From NCBI GenBank assembly GCA_964255285.1, contig CAXUUL010000055.1, positions 1-44,225 on the forward strand: a DNA stretch of 44,225 bases. The letters are read 5' to 3'. Below, piece after piece: positions 22,140 to 36,880 of the stretch. Source of the stretch: Ionaspis alba. Its lineage: Eukaryota. Both the position numbers and the translations under genes were made by a program. Below the pieces are notes generated by a model. That model was not told where the DNA came from. It ran no database searches and worked only from the letters and a program-made list of their open reading frames with translations. Position 1 is the first letter of the stretch; each line of letters starts with the position of its first letter.

Positions 22140-22689
22140 GTTTATATTTACATCTGAAATATTGTGTCACCTAATCACGACTCTAGTCCTATAGTCTTTA
22201 CTAGAAATGTATGAGCACATTTAATATTGTCCTGACTCATATTAAAATCGTCAACGTGGTATAGCCACCGAGTCCACACCTATCTACCGAGGGCTTCCCT
22301 ACAGCTGAAGATTCTATCCTCCGCGATGGCCGAGCTTGTGGCACCACGTGCTATCTCCGGCTTTTTAACCCGAGCTGCTGGTATTGTAGCCAGACGAGGA
22401 ACAGCAGATGCTCTCTTGAGGGTCCGGACATTTTCATTCACTCTCACTGACGTTGACATGAGACTAGGAGCTTGCTGACTCTCACTTGGAAGGTAGTGGC
22501 ATGCTGTTCCAACGGCGCGAAGCTCAAGGAGCCCAAGTTCAGTTGCCGATGGTAGGACGCGTATAGACATGGCTGCTACCTTGCTGGTAACCTTGATATG
22601 AATAATGCCAAGGATTAAACTGCTTGTTCGCTTTGCGAGACGTCTCGTAAGACCTCGTTTTAGGATCGCTGACCTTGGATTCTTAAACC

Positions 22690-23967
22690 CTACCCAAGGC
22701 CAACCTTCAACCCTTCCATCCTCCTGGTCAGTGTCGGACTGTTCTCTTCCTCTTCCACACCGACCTGAATCTCCATCTTCGGCCGATTCTTGTTCAGACC
22801 TTCGAGGAGCATGCATGCTTTGCAGACCGCCTGGCTAGACAAATAGCTGCATCGAACGCACTGCCCCATTTGCTGTTTTGGCAGCTTCTTTGCTTTCTTG
22901 CCTTTGCTGAACTTGTCGTTACCTTTTATTCTGTCATGTCTTTGGCCACTGAGACTAGACGTCATGTCCACCTCCCTCCCCTGAGCGGCTTCCCCGGCCA
23001 TAAGCTCCCTCTCCATAGCTGCCATCTCTCCTCCAGTCGTCCTCCCATTCGCGCTCCCACAGCCGCCAGCGTCATTCTCCTCTCCCTCTACAACCAGCAC
23101 GTCTTTGCCCACCACGACGGGTCCGTTCCCACTAATCTCGGCCGGCACCAATCTCGCCATATCCTCCCCACTCCTCACAATATCCAAAATCGCACTCGGT
23201 CTCACCCTCTCCAAATTCTTTACCAGCGTCCTCGCACTTCCCCTAAAAGCCTCAGGACTGTAGATACACTCCGTCGTGAAGTAATCCAGACTCTTGTGAT
23301 GCGCATAAAGAACAATCTCCTTCTCATACGCGTACTTGAGCGGCTTACTCCGCTTGATCTCACTCGCCGCACTGGCCGTAACAATACTAGCGGCCCTTGC
23401 GAGTCGTGGCAAATCTCCTCGCAGCAAATTCATCAGCACCGTCTCCGCGATATCGTCCGCGTTGTGTCCTGTCACCACGTGCTTGATACCCAGGCGTGCG
23501 GCGCCCCGGTCTAGAGCTTGTCGTCGAAAGACTCCGCAGTAGGTGCAGTTGCCCTTCTTGCCGATTTGCTCCACCACTTGGTCCATTGTCCAGCCGTAGA
23601 GCTCGTCGTAACCAACGATCTGCAGAGGCATGTCATATTGTACTGCGTTCCTTTTCACGGTTTCCAGACTGTCGTCTCTGTATCCCTTGATTCCTTCATC
23701 GATCGACAATAGCACCAGATCGAGACCATAGTCGTGGCGCTCGTTGAGGGTTTTGAGGACCGAGGCTAGGACGGTGGAGTCTTTGCCTCCTGAGGCGCCG
23801 ATGGCGATTCTTTCCCCTCTTGTGAAAAGCTGGGCGCTGGTAATGGTGTTGTGGATTTCGGTCTCGAAGGTGCTGATGAAGCAGTCTTTGCACAGTTTTT
23901 GGTGGTTTTTGGGTCGGATGATGAGCGCACGGTTCGTGGTGCAGAGTGCGCAGAGTGTTGGAGGCAT
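22690..23967 (-). CDS. NCS6: Cytoplasmic tRNA 2-thiolation protein 1 (Ncs6/Ctu1), 425 aa, intronless
   Basis: N-terminal CxxC...CxxC, PP-loop [49 protein letters not shown], and C-terminal CxxC...CKAC. Confidence 0.96.
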   Translation of the reverse strand: MPPTLCALCTTNRALIIRPKNHQKLCKDCFISTFETEIHNTITSAQLFTRGERIAIGASGGKDSTVLASVLKTLNERHDYGLDLVLLSIDEGIKGYRDDSLETVKRNAVQYDMPLQIVGYDELYGWTMDQVVEQIGKKGNCTYCGVFRRQALDRGAARLGIKHVVTGHNADDIAETVLMNLLRGDLPRLARAASIVTASAASEIKRSKPLKYAYEKEIVLYAHHKSLDYFTTECIYSPEAFRGSARTLVKNLERVRPSAILDIVRSGEDMARLVPAEISGNGPVVVGKDVLVVEGEENDAGGCGSANGRTTGGEMAAMERELMAGEAAQGREVDMTSSLSGQRHDRIKGNDKFSKGKKAKKLPKQQMGQCVRCSYLSSQAVCKACMLLEGLNKNRPKMEIQVGVEEEENSPTLTRRMEGLKVGLG

Positions 23968-26918
23968 ATCGGGGCTCAGCGACGGATAGTTGGGAGTCAG
24001 GCATGGGCTAAAGACAGAAGAGAATCAGTTTGTCGGATTCGTAGTTGTTCAGTTGAACGAGATTCACAATCGATATCCCTGCATGTCTAGGGCTAGAGGC
24101 GGCTGATCGGGCCGTCTTCCTGCCGGGCGGTCTTGGTACGGATAGAAAAGAGCTGCGGTGTTTTGCTTCCAGGACATCTGCCATGATGTTTCAAATGCTT
24201 TGTTTGTGCAATGAGCGTGTGTCATATCAGTCAAAGTCTGCCATCATGTCTCATCAAGGTCTGCATGCACATGCTCTACGCCGGTTACACTGTTCTACTG
24301 ACCTTTTCTAGTAATTTTGGAGTCTAAAACCTGCAAAGTTAGGTCGCGGTGACTCTCAAGCATCTTTTCTATACTGTCCGACGAAGGAGTTGGAGAATTT
24401 AGTCTCTTGTTGCTTTCCGATTCATCGCCTCAATCGAATCTGTATCTTTCGATAGTTCCCACCTTCACATTCGACATCTACTTACCTTACCCCTCCTTTG
24501 TAAACGGCTCTGCAGAGGTTGAGTGTCTCGACTCAAATTTCGGGAGCGACAACCTCCTCCAATCTCGTGCACATAACATCTTCGATCTTCATTTCCAGCT
24601 TCTTGAGAATTCATTTCACGAACCCCACCCCAGATCTGGAATTCGATAGTGCACTATTCTTGGAAGCCCCTTAAAGCTTCTAGCCATAAACTTTGTATGG
24701 AATTCTCTAGAATCCCACATGCAAACGGTTCCACAGGCTCAACGTCTTTCTGGCATATAATGCAGGAGCATGAACCGAGCGTTCGCAATGCAGAGCTATG
24801 ACAAACCGCAACGGTGTTTCAGGGGAGGGGGGAGAAGATGGCATTTGGGTGCAGCGGTTGTGTCTTGCCTCGATTCCATATTGGCCATAGTCGTGCGTCT
24901 GTCAGATTGAAGGCAGCTCGTCAATGAAGCGCTTCTACAATGGCCGCCGACGTCCTGCGCCCTAGTATATGCGTCAGCAGTTCATCAGGGATTATCCCAG
25001 CTTGATATCGGCAGGGTCGACAGGCCCCAGCGGTGACTTCCGATCGGCAATCTCTATCAAGTGCCGGTTGTCGCATCGAGGATACGGGATTAATGGAGCC
25101 GCCCGTTGACTGACAGCGGCCATGGGAGAATTTTCAGCTTCATGTACAAAACTATTGGTCCCGTGTCAATTGATTCCGCAATCAGAATCTGGGGAAGTTG
25201 ACGAAAGCCACATGACGCGTGGCGTCACCCTCGCGGCCGAGGAGATGGTTGAGCCAACAAACCGTCAAGCCTCCCAGTTCAACTTTCCTTGATCGGGCAT
25301 GCTCTCGTATGCCACCCTCGCCAATCGCAGTTGGAAGGAGTGAGTTGGCAAAAGCAAACCAATCTTTCTCGACAGGATGCAATATTTGATGTGGTGGACC
25401 TCTCGACCGAAATCCTGCATAAGTGCTTTGCGATGATGACTTCACAATGGTGTGCCCTCGTCACTGCCTGGAGATAGCAATACCACAGTCCGCACATTTT
25501 GAACTTTTTAATCTTTCGGCGTTATTTCATGATGGCATTCACAATGACATTTCTTGCGTTGAAATTGGTTGTACTCTCCCGCACCCGTCGTGCCGGTGGC
25601 GTTCCTACCCACCAACCGTCGCATAATAACAGAACCAGTCAATCTTTCTAAGGAGCATTCTTTACAGGCTTTTCTCCGATGAAAAAAGCCGTAAAGACAC
25701 CGGAGGCAAAACATCAGGCGACTCGACCAAGCCATGATGGCCATCGGCAGGGAGATGAGTCCGCATTATTGAAAAAAATATACTCCAGAGTATAGCGCAC
25801 CAATGGAAAGCCCTGTCACCTTGGCTGCCAGATGTGGAGGATGTCAACCTCTAGTGGACACGGCTATCGCACAAGTTGGACGAGTTGATCTTCCGCTCGA
25901 CAGGGATTTCGACAAGCCATAGAAGCCATGGATCGATGCTCGGCATGGGTGTCTGGACAGAAACACTGTGTCTTTCTCTGGTTGCGATCCCCTTCTGCCG
26001 TAGGTGCTTGCAGTGCACACACTATCACACTGCTCGCTGACGAGTCCTGTGTCACATCAACTCCACAACCTTTCAAGGATAGTGCAGCTTGCTCGCATGT
26101 GCACACACAATGTCCTGTCATCTCGCCGTTGGGCACACGGAAAGAGCCAGGTCGATCGCGCAAGTACTCGAAGTCAGGTACGATGAAAATCGTGGGCATG
26201 CCCGTTGGTGGGAGATGCTTGCGACTAATCCGGAGCACTTGAATGGGAATGTGCAGAGTTCGGCCTTCCTCGTTGATCCAAGCTATGGAAATGAGCACGC
26301 GGAATGGAAGACGGCCCCTCGATTTCCAGCCTTTCGCCTAGCAGTAAGGTTCTGCCATCCTTGATGTGTGAACCACCATCCCAATCCTTCGCGGCTTGAT
26401 CTTAGCCTCCAACCCCTGAGAAACCAGTCTTGACAGTTCCCGAATCGCTCGAGGACCTCCCTTTAGTTCGTTCAGAGCATTTGCTAATCGAAGACTATCT
26501 CCAACTCTATCAAATCCAACCAGGTCCAGTGGCGCTAGAAGGTGAGCCAGCGTGAAACCAGAGCCCTAGTTCCCCATCCATTGAACTACCACCGATCTTC
26601 ACTAGATCCGACTACCGGTACGCTGAGGCGGTTGACGTAGGTCGCGGCGTCATTTGTTGCTCGCTCTCGAGCATATTCCAATATTTGAATTCAGCGGGTC
26701 CTGTCGTGATCTTCGACGTGCTTGTCTTGACTCGCACCAACGATGTGAAGAGACAAACAAGGTTCCTTGTGGCTGTCAGAGCTCTGATTTCAACGACCTT
26801 GTTGTCTTCTTCCGCAGCCCGTTGCTATATGCTGCGAAGGGCTATTGATCTTGAGTGCTGGATGAGTCTGGCAAGCACAAACAATCGTGGCCCTCGCACT
26901 GGCCGAATGTTCCCAATG

Positions 26919-28177
26919 CTCTGGAACCGTTTCCCCTGTTTCACCCGTGCGAATAGTCCCACCAGTCAGCGCTGTCTTGCTTGCTCCTGATTTCCCTCTA
27001 GATCTGGTCCTAAACTGGCTCTGCGGAGCAGTCGTGAAATACAGTCCTCGTTGTGCAGTCGCTACCCTCGCTGTGCAGCGTTCAAGCACAGGATCAGAGC
27101 CAATTTTAGCCCACCTACAGTACGCAGTCCAGCCTCTCGAGCACTAGAGCAATTGGCATCAAGTCATTTCTATCTGCACAAGCAAGGTCTACCACTGCTC
27201 TGCATTACATCTATTGACATTCAGATACTTTCCTCACTCCATCCCCGCGTGAGCATTGACCATCGATCATAGTCGCACACGGTCGATAGGGAGGTACATA
27301 TCCCCACAGAATTGGCCCTGCCGGAGTCTGCCAGTCAGCTGTCAAAAACGTAGTGGCAGCGGGAATACCGCCAGCTTACACGAGCGCACATTGCAGTTCG
27401 ACAGAGTCAAACAAGGCACGCACTGCGCCTTTACCGGCGACAACCCTACCAGCCTGCATAGTCGAAGGCTCAATAGGCTCCCTTGTAGGCACGAATCATT
27501 TAAGCCGTCTTCGTCAACAGCACAGTAGTTGGTGCAGCCAGTCGTGCTAAGGCAAGCTGCATCCGTCCATTCTGGAAAAGACGGTCCAATAAACAGTCTG
27601 ATTCTCATTCGAATTCCTAGCAACACCCACGGTCGCTACCCGATTTTCGCATATCGTCCTCCAAGCCGACCTAGAACCTTGTAATCATTCAGTCTGCGTA
27701 CGACTGTCTCCTCTCGCAGATACACACACCCACACGTATAGACCCCTACTCCCCCCTTAAGACCCTTTCTCAGCGAATAATCGTCGAGTTCCCTATTCAA
27801 AGCGATTGGTATATCTTAACTCTGGCGGGCCGAACCTTCCTCGAGTCTTCGATCCCGCGTCCAACGAACCCACTCACACCTACTACTTCTCTGGCCATTC
27901 TTCCAACGACAACTGTACGACTTCGCCTATCTTTCCTTCACCGACTCCTTCCACCGTGAAGCTTACTTTCCTTTATCGTTCCCACTGCCGGTCCTCGTGC
28001 TCGATCGAGAGATCCTTCGGGTTGGACAAAGCGAAAGACTGACTCCTTCGTTCTGCAAAATACGAGGCACTGCGCACCTCGTCTCCCCTCCACCACCTAT
28101 CGAGGCTTCTCTAACACCAACCCCCCCCCCAAACGACTGTCTTCCCCGCCTCATCGTCAACCACGATACCATCAACC
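26919..28177 (+). promoter_or_regulatory. Probable long 5' leader of the C2H2 gene, devoid of ATG triplets
   Basis: Manual reading found no + strand ATG between the one at 26916-26918 and the start codon at 28178. About 20 CAT triplets occur in the same span. The region is pyrimidine-rich near the start codon. Confidence 0.6.
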
Positions 28178-30012
<1,835 letters not shown>

Positions 30013-31032
30013 GTGTGTTGCTTCTGCTACTTGGAGACTGCTGTCACGGCGTTGTATGTTGTGGCTGACTACTTCGTTCTTGTTTACTTGTAACCTGAGC
30101 ATAAAATTTGTCTATATGATGCTGCATCTCCTCGGCTCTGCACAGTTTCGCGTCACGAAGACTTCCGATTTATGGCTGTTATTACTTTTACGACTTCTTA
30201 CGACGTGGACGGTGTTTCTTTCTTCTCAAAACCTTTCCTTGTTGCATCTCACTACTCTTCGCCGCCGCTGTCTATGTTGGGGTTTACTTATCTACGGTTC
30301 TTCTTCTCTGGCTGTCAATGTAATGGAAATCCGGCAAAGGTCTTCGATCTCGTCTCGACATTCTGGCGAAGTACACAGGGATTTGGGTCCCAAGGAGTCA
30401 TCTTGGATCGGATCGTCTGATATCCTCTACCTTGTCGGTTCTTAATAGCTACCAATTTGCAGCGTCGCAGTTGTTTTCAATGAGGCGTTGCCCTTGTGGA
30501 GGAGGAAGCCATCACGCATTATGTTCGTTTGGTGGATGGGATTGGGGCATTTTGGAGGGATCGAAGTGGCTTGGTCGTTTGCTTTTGAGAAAGAGATTTA
30601 AAAGCGTTCGGATGGGAAAATCGGGGTGGAAAGGTGTTTTAAGTTGGTGCTGGGTTGGGAAATTGGAGGGCAGTGTTTTTATAGTTAGGATAGGATTGGG
30701 ATTTGGAAATGAATCTGCTTTCAACAAGAAGTGCCTCCTGTCTTGTGAACAGGATGCGGTAAGCTGTGACGTCGCTTTGCCTCTGACGTGATGAAAACGT
30801 CCCTGAGGTCGCATAAATTGGTATGATACATACTACCAGGCTTCCACATTTACCATCACAAAGATTCATTAGAATCAAAGCGGGTTGTAGGTCCACAGGG
30901 ACTCAAAGTTCAATTTCTTAGCATCCTATTGTACATCGACATCTCAGGATAGTGGCCTCCACAACACAACACAACTGGCCTATCCATCGCCCTGATAATC
31001 AACTACACGAGCTCTGTTATGAGGACCCAACT

Positions 31033-31975
31033 TTACGGCCCCAGTTCTAGTAGTTCCGCTATCCTTCTGTTCGACATACTCTCCTTCATGTCAAAGAGCA
31101 ATTCAGCATTCCCAAAACGAGGGCCATAAGGCCACTGTATCGGCAATATCTCTACCCTCTCCAATTTCTTACTGCAATTGGCCACCAGATATTCCAGGCC
31201 ACGCTGCGCGACCTTGACGAGCTCCTTCCATTGCCCCGAATCTCTCCTATCGCGTGGAAAGAAAGGTAGAATTGTGGGCACAGTCGGATACTCGACCAGC
31301 CTGACGACGTGCACATTTGGTAGCGAGGCCAACACACGGAAGTTTGTGATTTCGTAGCCTAGATCGATTGAGATGCGTGCCAGAACTGAGCTATACGAAC
31401 CGATGATGCGGACGAATTTGGTAAAAGCGCTGCGTGTTTCGAAGTGGAAGATGTTGCTGCGGTAATAGATCTTGCTGAAATCGGCACGTATCATGCGGCA
31501 TGTCATGGCGAGGCTGAAGGCCGTACGATGCTCGGTTTTACGTTGCTGGATGTAGTACTTAGTCTCCTTCTCCTGGAAAAGTGCCAGGGATCGAGCATCT
31601 TTGCGGGTGCACGCTTTTAGCGCGGCCGGTTTGGTGCGGCACGTATACTTGACCAGCACTGGTTCGGGGAGGATAGCGGCAAATTCGTAGATCTTCAGTT
31701 GGAGCTCAGAGGGCAGTTGGGTGAAAGGGAAGATGCCTGTTGGTGTGAATGGACTGGGGCTAAGCTCAGTAATAGGAGCATAGTCTTGACGAGTGCTATT
31801 GAGGACGTTAGATAGACTAATACAGGCTTAGAAATTGGGTCAGGTTTCGTGCTTACGGCGACAATTTAGGTCGCTTGCCAATAGGACGTTTCTTGATCCC
31901 AGATTTGCATGCATTAGCAGCAGTGACGATGGGCTTGGGCTTCTTGGTGCCAGCGGTTTTGGTTCTGGGTGCCAT
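31033..31975 (-). CDS. 2EXR/F-box-like (FxxLPxEL..IY motif) hypothetical protein, about 293 aa
   Basis: Exon 1 is 31975-31857 (basic, MAPRTKTAGTKKPK...). Intron 31856-31796 reads GTAAGC..CTAAC..TAG, and exon 2 is 31795-31033. Motifs GIFPFTQLPSELQLKIYEFA and LAMTCRMIRADFSKIYYRSNIFHF. Confidence 0.7.
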
Positions 31976-33215
31976 GACTTCTACCCTTCTGCGTGAACTC
32001 TGCAAAGCTTGTGAGCAACGGTTCGACAGGGAAGATACGATGGAGCGAAGCTGACTGGTAAAGAAGAGATGACTGTGTGAGAGGAAACCGCGACTCGAGT
32101 ACAGTAACCGACTGAGAACGTCCGGCTTTCATATGATCTTCTGAGCTTCAGGATGAAAGTTCTGCCAATAGAGCTAGTTTCGGATGTCAAAGCAGTACGT
32201 TATTTTGGAATCTCAGTACAGCAGTATTGAAGCTGTTCTTCTTCAAAAGACAGGAGACAGTCATAGATAACCGAGAGAACAGCACTGTCACTCCGAGAAG
32301 CTGCAAGACCACAAAATATCGTACAAAGACGTGAAGCTAGAAGAAAAACAGTAAACTATTGAGAGTACAGCAGGAAAGCCATCATTCGAAGTACACGACC
32401 TCACAAACTGATCGTGGTTTGAAGAAGACTGTTTTCGATATTGCAGAAGCGAAGTAGAGCAAGAAATATGCACGCGAGCCGCGAAAAGCACAACCAAGAC
32501 GAACATCTCGGCCGCTTTAATATTGATCCGTCTAGCATGTAGCAAGCTCTGGTTCTGATAGCTCGCTTACCATGGAAATGGCGGCCTAAATAAATTTTTT
32601 TTGGAAGGGTGGGGAATACTGTGCAACTAGGCACCAATGACGGGACTGACCAGTCAAACTGGTGTTTGACATGGTCAAGGGCATTAAAAATGATAATCCA
32701 GAGGATGTAGATGTTTTCAAAGAACATATGGATGTCCTTCGTGGGACGGTTGTCGTCACTGATGGTTGGAAGCCTGGCTTGAGGCTCCACCATGTCTGAT
32801 ATCGCACTAAAGACTTGGCGGTATAAAAATTATGCGATCATGGTTATTTATACATATATTATTCGAGACTGGACAAGAATATCGCACATAGCCGCACATA
32901 TATGTCTTTGGGGAGTTGTTTGTGTTCCAGATTGTACTATTGTGTACAACGCTTTCACGTCATGTGCAGCATATGGTCACATCAAACAGTCCAGCCAGCA
33001 GACACTGATTACCAATGAAGATGTTTCTGGATGCAAATGCTCTGAATTATGATCAATCGAATGCGCCATTGTTCCATGCCGAATGCCCAGACGCCCCGCG
33101 CACCTATGTACACAGCTAGGGGGGATCTCCCATCTCGTATCTACCCATGCCAAAGCTCCAACCTATCCACATAGATATGTTCCCTATTCTGGTACAGTGA
33201 TAGTACTATGGAAAC

Positions 33216-33693
33216 CTATTTCCGCTTGTGAGGTCCGATAATCTTTGGATAGAGTCTCGAGAGATGGTAGTTGATCGAGTTCTTTTTCTGCAGGCCAGGT
33301 TTCTGCACATCATTGGAACATCAGCATCGTTCGGCAAAATCCTATTCCTTTTCCCAATTCCCAATAATCCAGACCGAAAAGAGAGCCAGAAAGACTGTAC
33401 TGACCCTCTCATCCATACATGTTCTTAGTTGTTGTTCCAACGCCGCGCATCCGTCTACGCTGTATCCTGAGGAAGCCCAACATCCTGTGATGCAAGAGCA
33501 TTAGCCAGCAGACCTTCCAGGCAGAGCGTCCAGATGGAGTAAGAAGAGAAACGTGGAAAAGCTCACCAAGCATGGAAGTCATGATGCGCACACAAGGATT
33601 TGTTTCCACTCTGTTTGGCCGGCGAACGCGCAACTTGGGGAGAGGAGGGAGACGAGTAGGCGTAACTGCCGTGGAGGCGCCCTTGGGAGGCAT
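33216..33693 (-). CDS. MRP10: Mitochondrial small-subunit ribosomal protein Mrp10 (mS37), twin CX9C, 97 aa
   Basis: Exons 33693-33567, 33484-33405 and 33302-33216. Translation: RLPPLPKLRVRRPN...NPCVRIMTSMLGCWASSG...CAALEQQLRTCMD...INYHLSRLYPKIIGPHKRK*. Confidence 0.93.
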
Positions 33694-34611
33694 GGCTCTC
33701 AGTAGTTACTCGATGCAGATACGCGTGCTATCGGAGAGACATGCCGTGCTAAGGGATTCAGCTCGATAAATCGCCCACTGACTCTTAGCTCATGTCCTTC
33801 CAGATGTGAAGTCGAGATTTCGAACGCTAACCTTGATAGGCCGCAAAGCTTGGCATTTGCTTCTATAGCCTTACGATGCGGTCGGTGTTCGGTCCGAGGA
33901 CGGCTGCGGAACAGCGACGGACTCTCGGGAGGAAAAAACAGCTCACGACTGCGAGAGTCCAGGCTTTACGGTCATTGGATATCTACTGGGCTGAACCCGA
34001 CAACGTTTCTGAATGATGATGATGACGACTCAGCTTACCCAAATCCCTCCAATCTGCCCCTCTTTGCGAACTTTACTTAGTTGCTGAAGAAATGCTCGTA
34101 ATGATGATGGGAGCAGTCACGCTGCCTTGCCAACGTTTGGTTCTGGGCTTGGGGGCGCTTTATTACTGCCATATGGGCCAACGCGAGGGAATAGGATCGT
34201 GTGGGCACTTATGAAAGAGATATTTTTCGCACATGCGAGGGCGCAACGCCTTGGGAGTTTAAAGTGGAAGGATCACATCCCGAGGTAGTATCGCACAACT
34301 CAGCCGCGTGATTCAAGGAAAGACGAGGTTGGCATTGGACTGCCGCGCCATAAGCATCCTGGTGAATCCCACGAGTTGCGACTTTGTCAACTTCCATTAC
34401 TAAAGTGGTCTATTACATGTAAGCTCATCTGGACATTTATCTCTCACCTCAATCCTGCCCGCACTTGCAATACGTTGTTTGAGCCCCAGAGTTCCTTCCT
34501 AATTTCTACCTGTGTTGTTTGGTGGTCCGGATGAATCTTAAAGCCGGTACGACTGAGTATTACATGCAGGACGTTATGGACCTCCATTGAGGGAGGCGCA
34601 ACCTGTCGAAA

Positions 34612-36486
34612 ATGTTTTTCAGCTTGGGTATACCTGCTCTGGCTGCCGCCAACCATAAGCATGAATTCTCTACTTCACAAGAATTAAACATGGATCAAGA
34701 GCATGGCTTTTCCTATTCGCTACAATACTTACAAACTCGTTTGCAAGCATTGACTACTTTTGGAAATCCCATCACTTCGATTTCTACCTCATGTAACACC
34801 GAAGAAGCAGACCTCACAGCCGTGGAGGCCACGGAAACCCAAGAGGCACAAGCATCTACTACCGCCGAACTTGAAAACACCACCAACACCACCGAGCCTG
34901 TACCTCCAGTCCAGAGAAAACGAAGGTTAACAATTCCCAAGGCGTCGACATCTTTCCAGCTCGCCCATCCACCTCCTGCCACCAAACACAAGCAGCGATT
35001 CAAGGTCAGGCCGAAAGTACTCCTCCAATTGAGGCAGATTACCGAAAACAGAAGTCCAATACCTACACTTGAAGTTTTGCCTTCAGTTGTGTGTGCAACG
35101 CGGCTCGTGAGACGACTCCCAAGGATAATTAATGGCCGCACTGGTCTTGGTCCCGATGACTTGATCGTTGTTAACAGTCAGAACTACGAAGCTTCTGAAA
35201 AAGGAGATAGGAAGGGGGATGAGGGCTCTGATGAAGAGAACAATGATACACGAGAGGTCGTCGCTGCTATATGTACACCCGCCAAAGGCGAATGTCATGA
35301 TCATGCTCGGTGTGAGATATCATTTGCTGAAGGGTCGTCATGGACCGGGAGCAGTCTGAACAACGGGGTCTACGAATTCACATCGACTAATGAAGTCGGC
35401 CTCACCACAACAGCTAGATGGGTCCCAAGAAATGGCAAGCACAAGCGGAAAGGATCCTATTCTCCGGCATCATCTACCGGTAATCTCCACGAGAGGAGAC
35501 TCTCGGAGAAGAGCTTTAAATTTAGCATTCTCAATCCTCATGCTCGACGTCATCCAGTCATTGGTTCCATGGATAGGCATACTATCGATGTTCTGGACCA
35601 ATATGTGATACCCTTGACTCCTGCTGTCACACCAGTACCACCCTCTCCTACTTGCGAGTCTGCCACTACACATCACTCACAACATTCCTATTTCCCTGAT
35701 CTGTCTACCATCCCAGGAGCTGTGCTCGAGACAGATGACCAAATAAGAAAACTCATACTTGTCAGCGGTATTTGGGTTGCTTTCGTCGAAGGCTGGTCAG
35801 ATGCGTTTAAGTACGAAGACGATGCTGGTCTTTCAACCTCATCGGCCAACGGGAATTCACCATCAAAAGGACGAACGTTATCAGGACGGCGAGACAACGG
35901 CAATGGAAGCCGAGCGCCAACTCCGCAAAGTAACGGAAGTGGCAGATCTCGTCACTCTGGTTTCAAACTTCTCCATCGTCCTACCGCTTCATCGGGCCAA
36001 GCTTCCACGAGCCAAACACGCAGCAAACCCCCCAAGAGGGCTCAGTCGGCAGGTCCGAAGTCGCCTGGGGTTGCTTTTGTGCAACGTGCAAAGAAGAACG
36101 CAAATGCTGGTACACAGCGAGCCACGCCAGAAAACTCTTGCGAAAACTTACCCTTGGAGCACACCAGTGTTTCCGGCCAAAGGAATTATGGAGCAGCTAC
36201 TGCCACCACTCCACTTCGTCGCTCGCATTCCAGGAGGTCATCGAACGACGAAGAGAAGTGCTCGTTGCGGGAGGGAGCTTTAGCTTCTGATGCCACTGAT
36301 TCGAATCGGCGGAGATCGGACAGTCAACGAAGCAGGTCAGATGACAGTCATCGTGGGGAGCGGATCGAAGACGACCCCTCAGAGGTAGCTGTGGGAAGGT
36401 CGAAGTCGAGAAGGAAGAAGCCAGGGAAAGTGAACAGGTTCATGGACTTCATCAACAGAAAGACCCATCGAGACCGAAGACAATAA
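34612..36486 (+). CDS. Conserved fungal hypothetical protein, about 600-624 aa; start uncertain (ATG 34612 or 34690)
   Basis: Long ORF with a structured-looking core (FQLAHPPP..RPKVLLQLRQ..PTLEVLPS, ARWV, FKFSILNP..RRHPVIG, LILVSGIWVAFVEGWS) and disordered S/R-rich flanks. Confidence 0.75.
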   Translation: MFFSLGIPALAAANHKHEFSTSQELNMDQEHGFSYSLQYLQTRLQALTTFGNPITSISTSCNTEEADLTAVEATETQEAQASTTAELENTTNTTEPVPPVQRKRRLTIPKASTSFQLAHPPPATKHKQRFKVRPKVLLQLRQITENRSPIPTLEVLPSVVCATRLVRRLPRIINGRTGLGPDDLIVVNSQNYEASEKGDRKGDEGSDEENNDTREVVAAICTPAKGECHDHARCEISFAEGSSWTGSSLNNGVYEFTSTNEVGLTTTARWVPRNGKHKRKGSYSPASSTGNLHERRLSEKSFKFSILNPHARRHPVIGSMDRHTIDVLDQYVIPLTPAVTPVPPSPTCESATTHHSQHSYFPDLSTIPGAVLETDDQIRKLILVSGIWVAFVEGWSDAFKYEDDAGLSTSSANGNSPSKGRTLSGRRDNGNGSRAPTPQSNGSGRSRHSGFKLLHRPTASSGQASTSQTRSKPPKRAQSAGPKSPGVAFVQRAKKNANAGTQRATPENSCENLPLEHTSVSGQRNYGAATATTPLRRSHSRRSSNDEEKCSLREGALASDATDSNRRRSDSQRSRSDDSHRGERIEDDPSEVAVGRSKSRRKKPGKVNRFMDFINRKTHRDRRQ

Positions 36487-36780
36487 CGACTAACGTCTTC
36501 CATTGCTGTACATCTCAACTCGCATCATATGGGACCTGGCGTACGTGTATTTTCTTGGATAGGGCCTGGGTCAAGGACAGCATCACATGGAGCTTACGAG
36601 GATATGTTTCGATTAGCATTTGTATGATAAGGCAACCAAGACTGACGGAGTTCTCGAGTCGCATGGTCAAACGTGGCAGGTAGTGCCCAGAAAGCGTTTG
36701 GCCAATTTGTGATATGTATCTTGTGATGGGGCACATGCATCTCTCGTGTTTCATTGCCCATCGTCTCTGTAGCAAACGGA

Positions 36781-36880
36781 NNNNNNNNNNNNNNNNNNNN
36801 NNNNNNNNNNNNNNNNNNNNNNNNNNNNNNNNNNNNNNNNNNNNNNNNNNNNNNNNNNNNNNNNNNNNNNNNNNNNNNNN
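36781..36880. other. Scaffold gap (100 N) with non-overlapping flanks
   Basis: N run; the flanking sequences differ from each other. Confidence 0.95.

Noticed and set aside
21748..22570. Possible two-exon minus-strand gene just downstream of NCS6 (MSIRVLPS... joined to ...YARPSATALGKS...)
   Set aside because: It would start only about 120 nt after the NCS6 stop, has weak splice signals, no recognisable domain, and spans a gap. It cannot be supported without RNA data.
24407..27626. Numerous 60-144 aa ORFs in the long intergenic region
   Set aside because: Many start at non-ATG codons. They have no domain motifs, no consistent splice chain and random-like composition.
32230..32560. Purine-rich, coding-like stretch with interspersed stops (possible pseudogene)
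   Set aside because: No recognisable homology by eye and no sustained frame. It would need BLASTX support.
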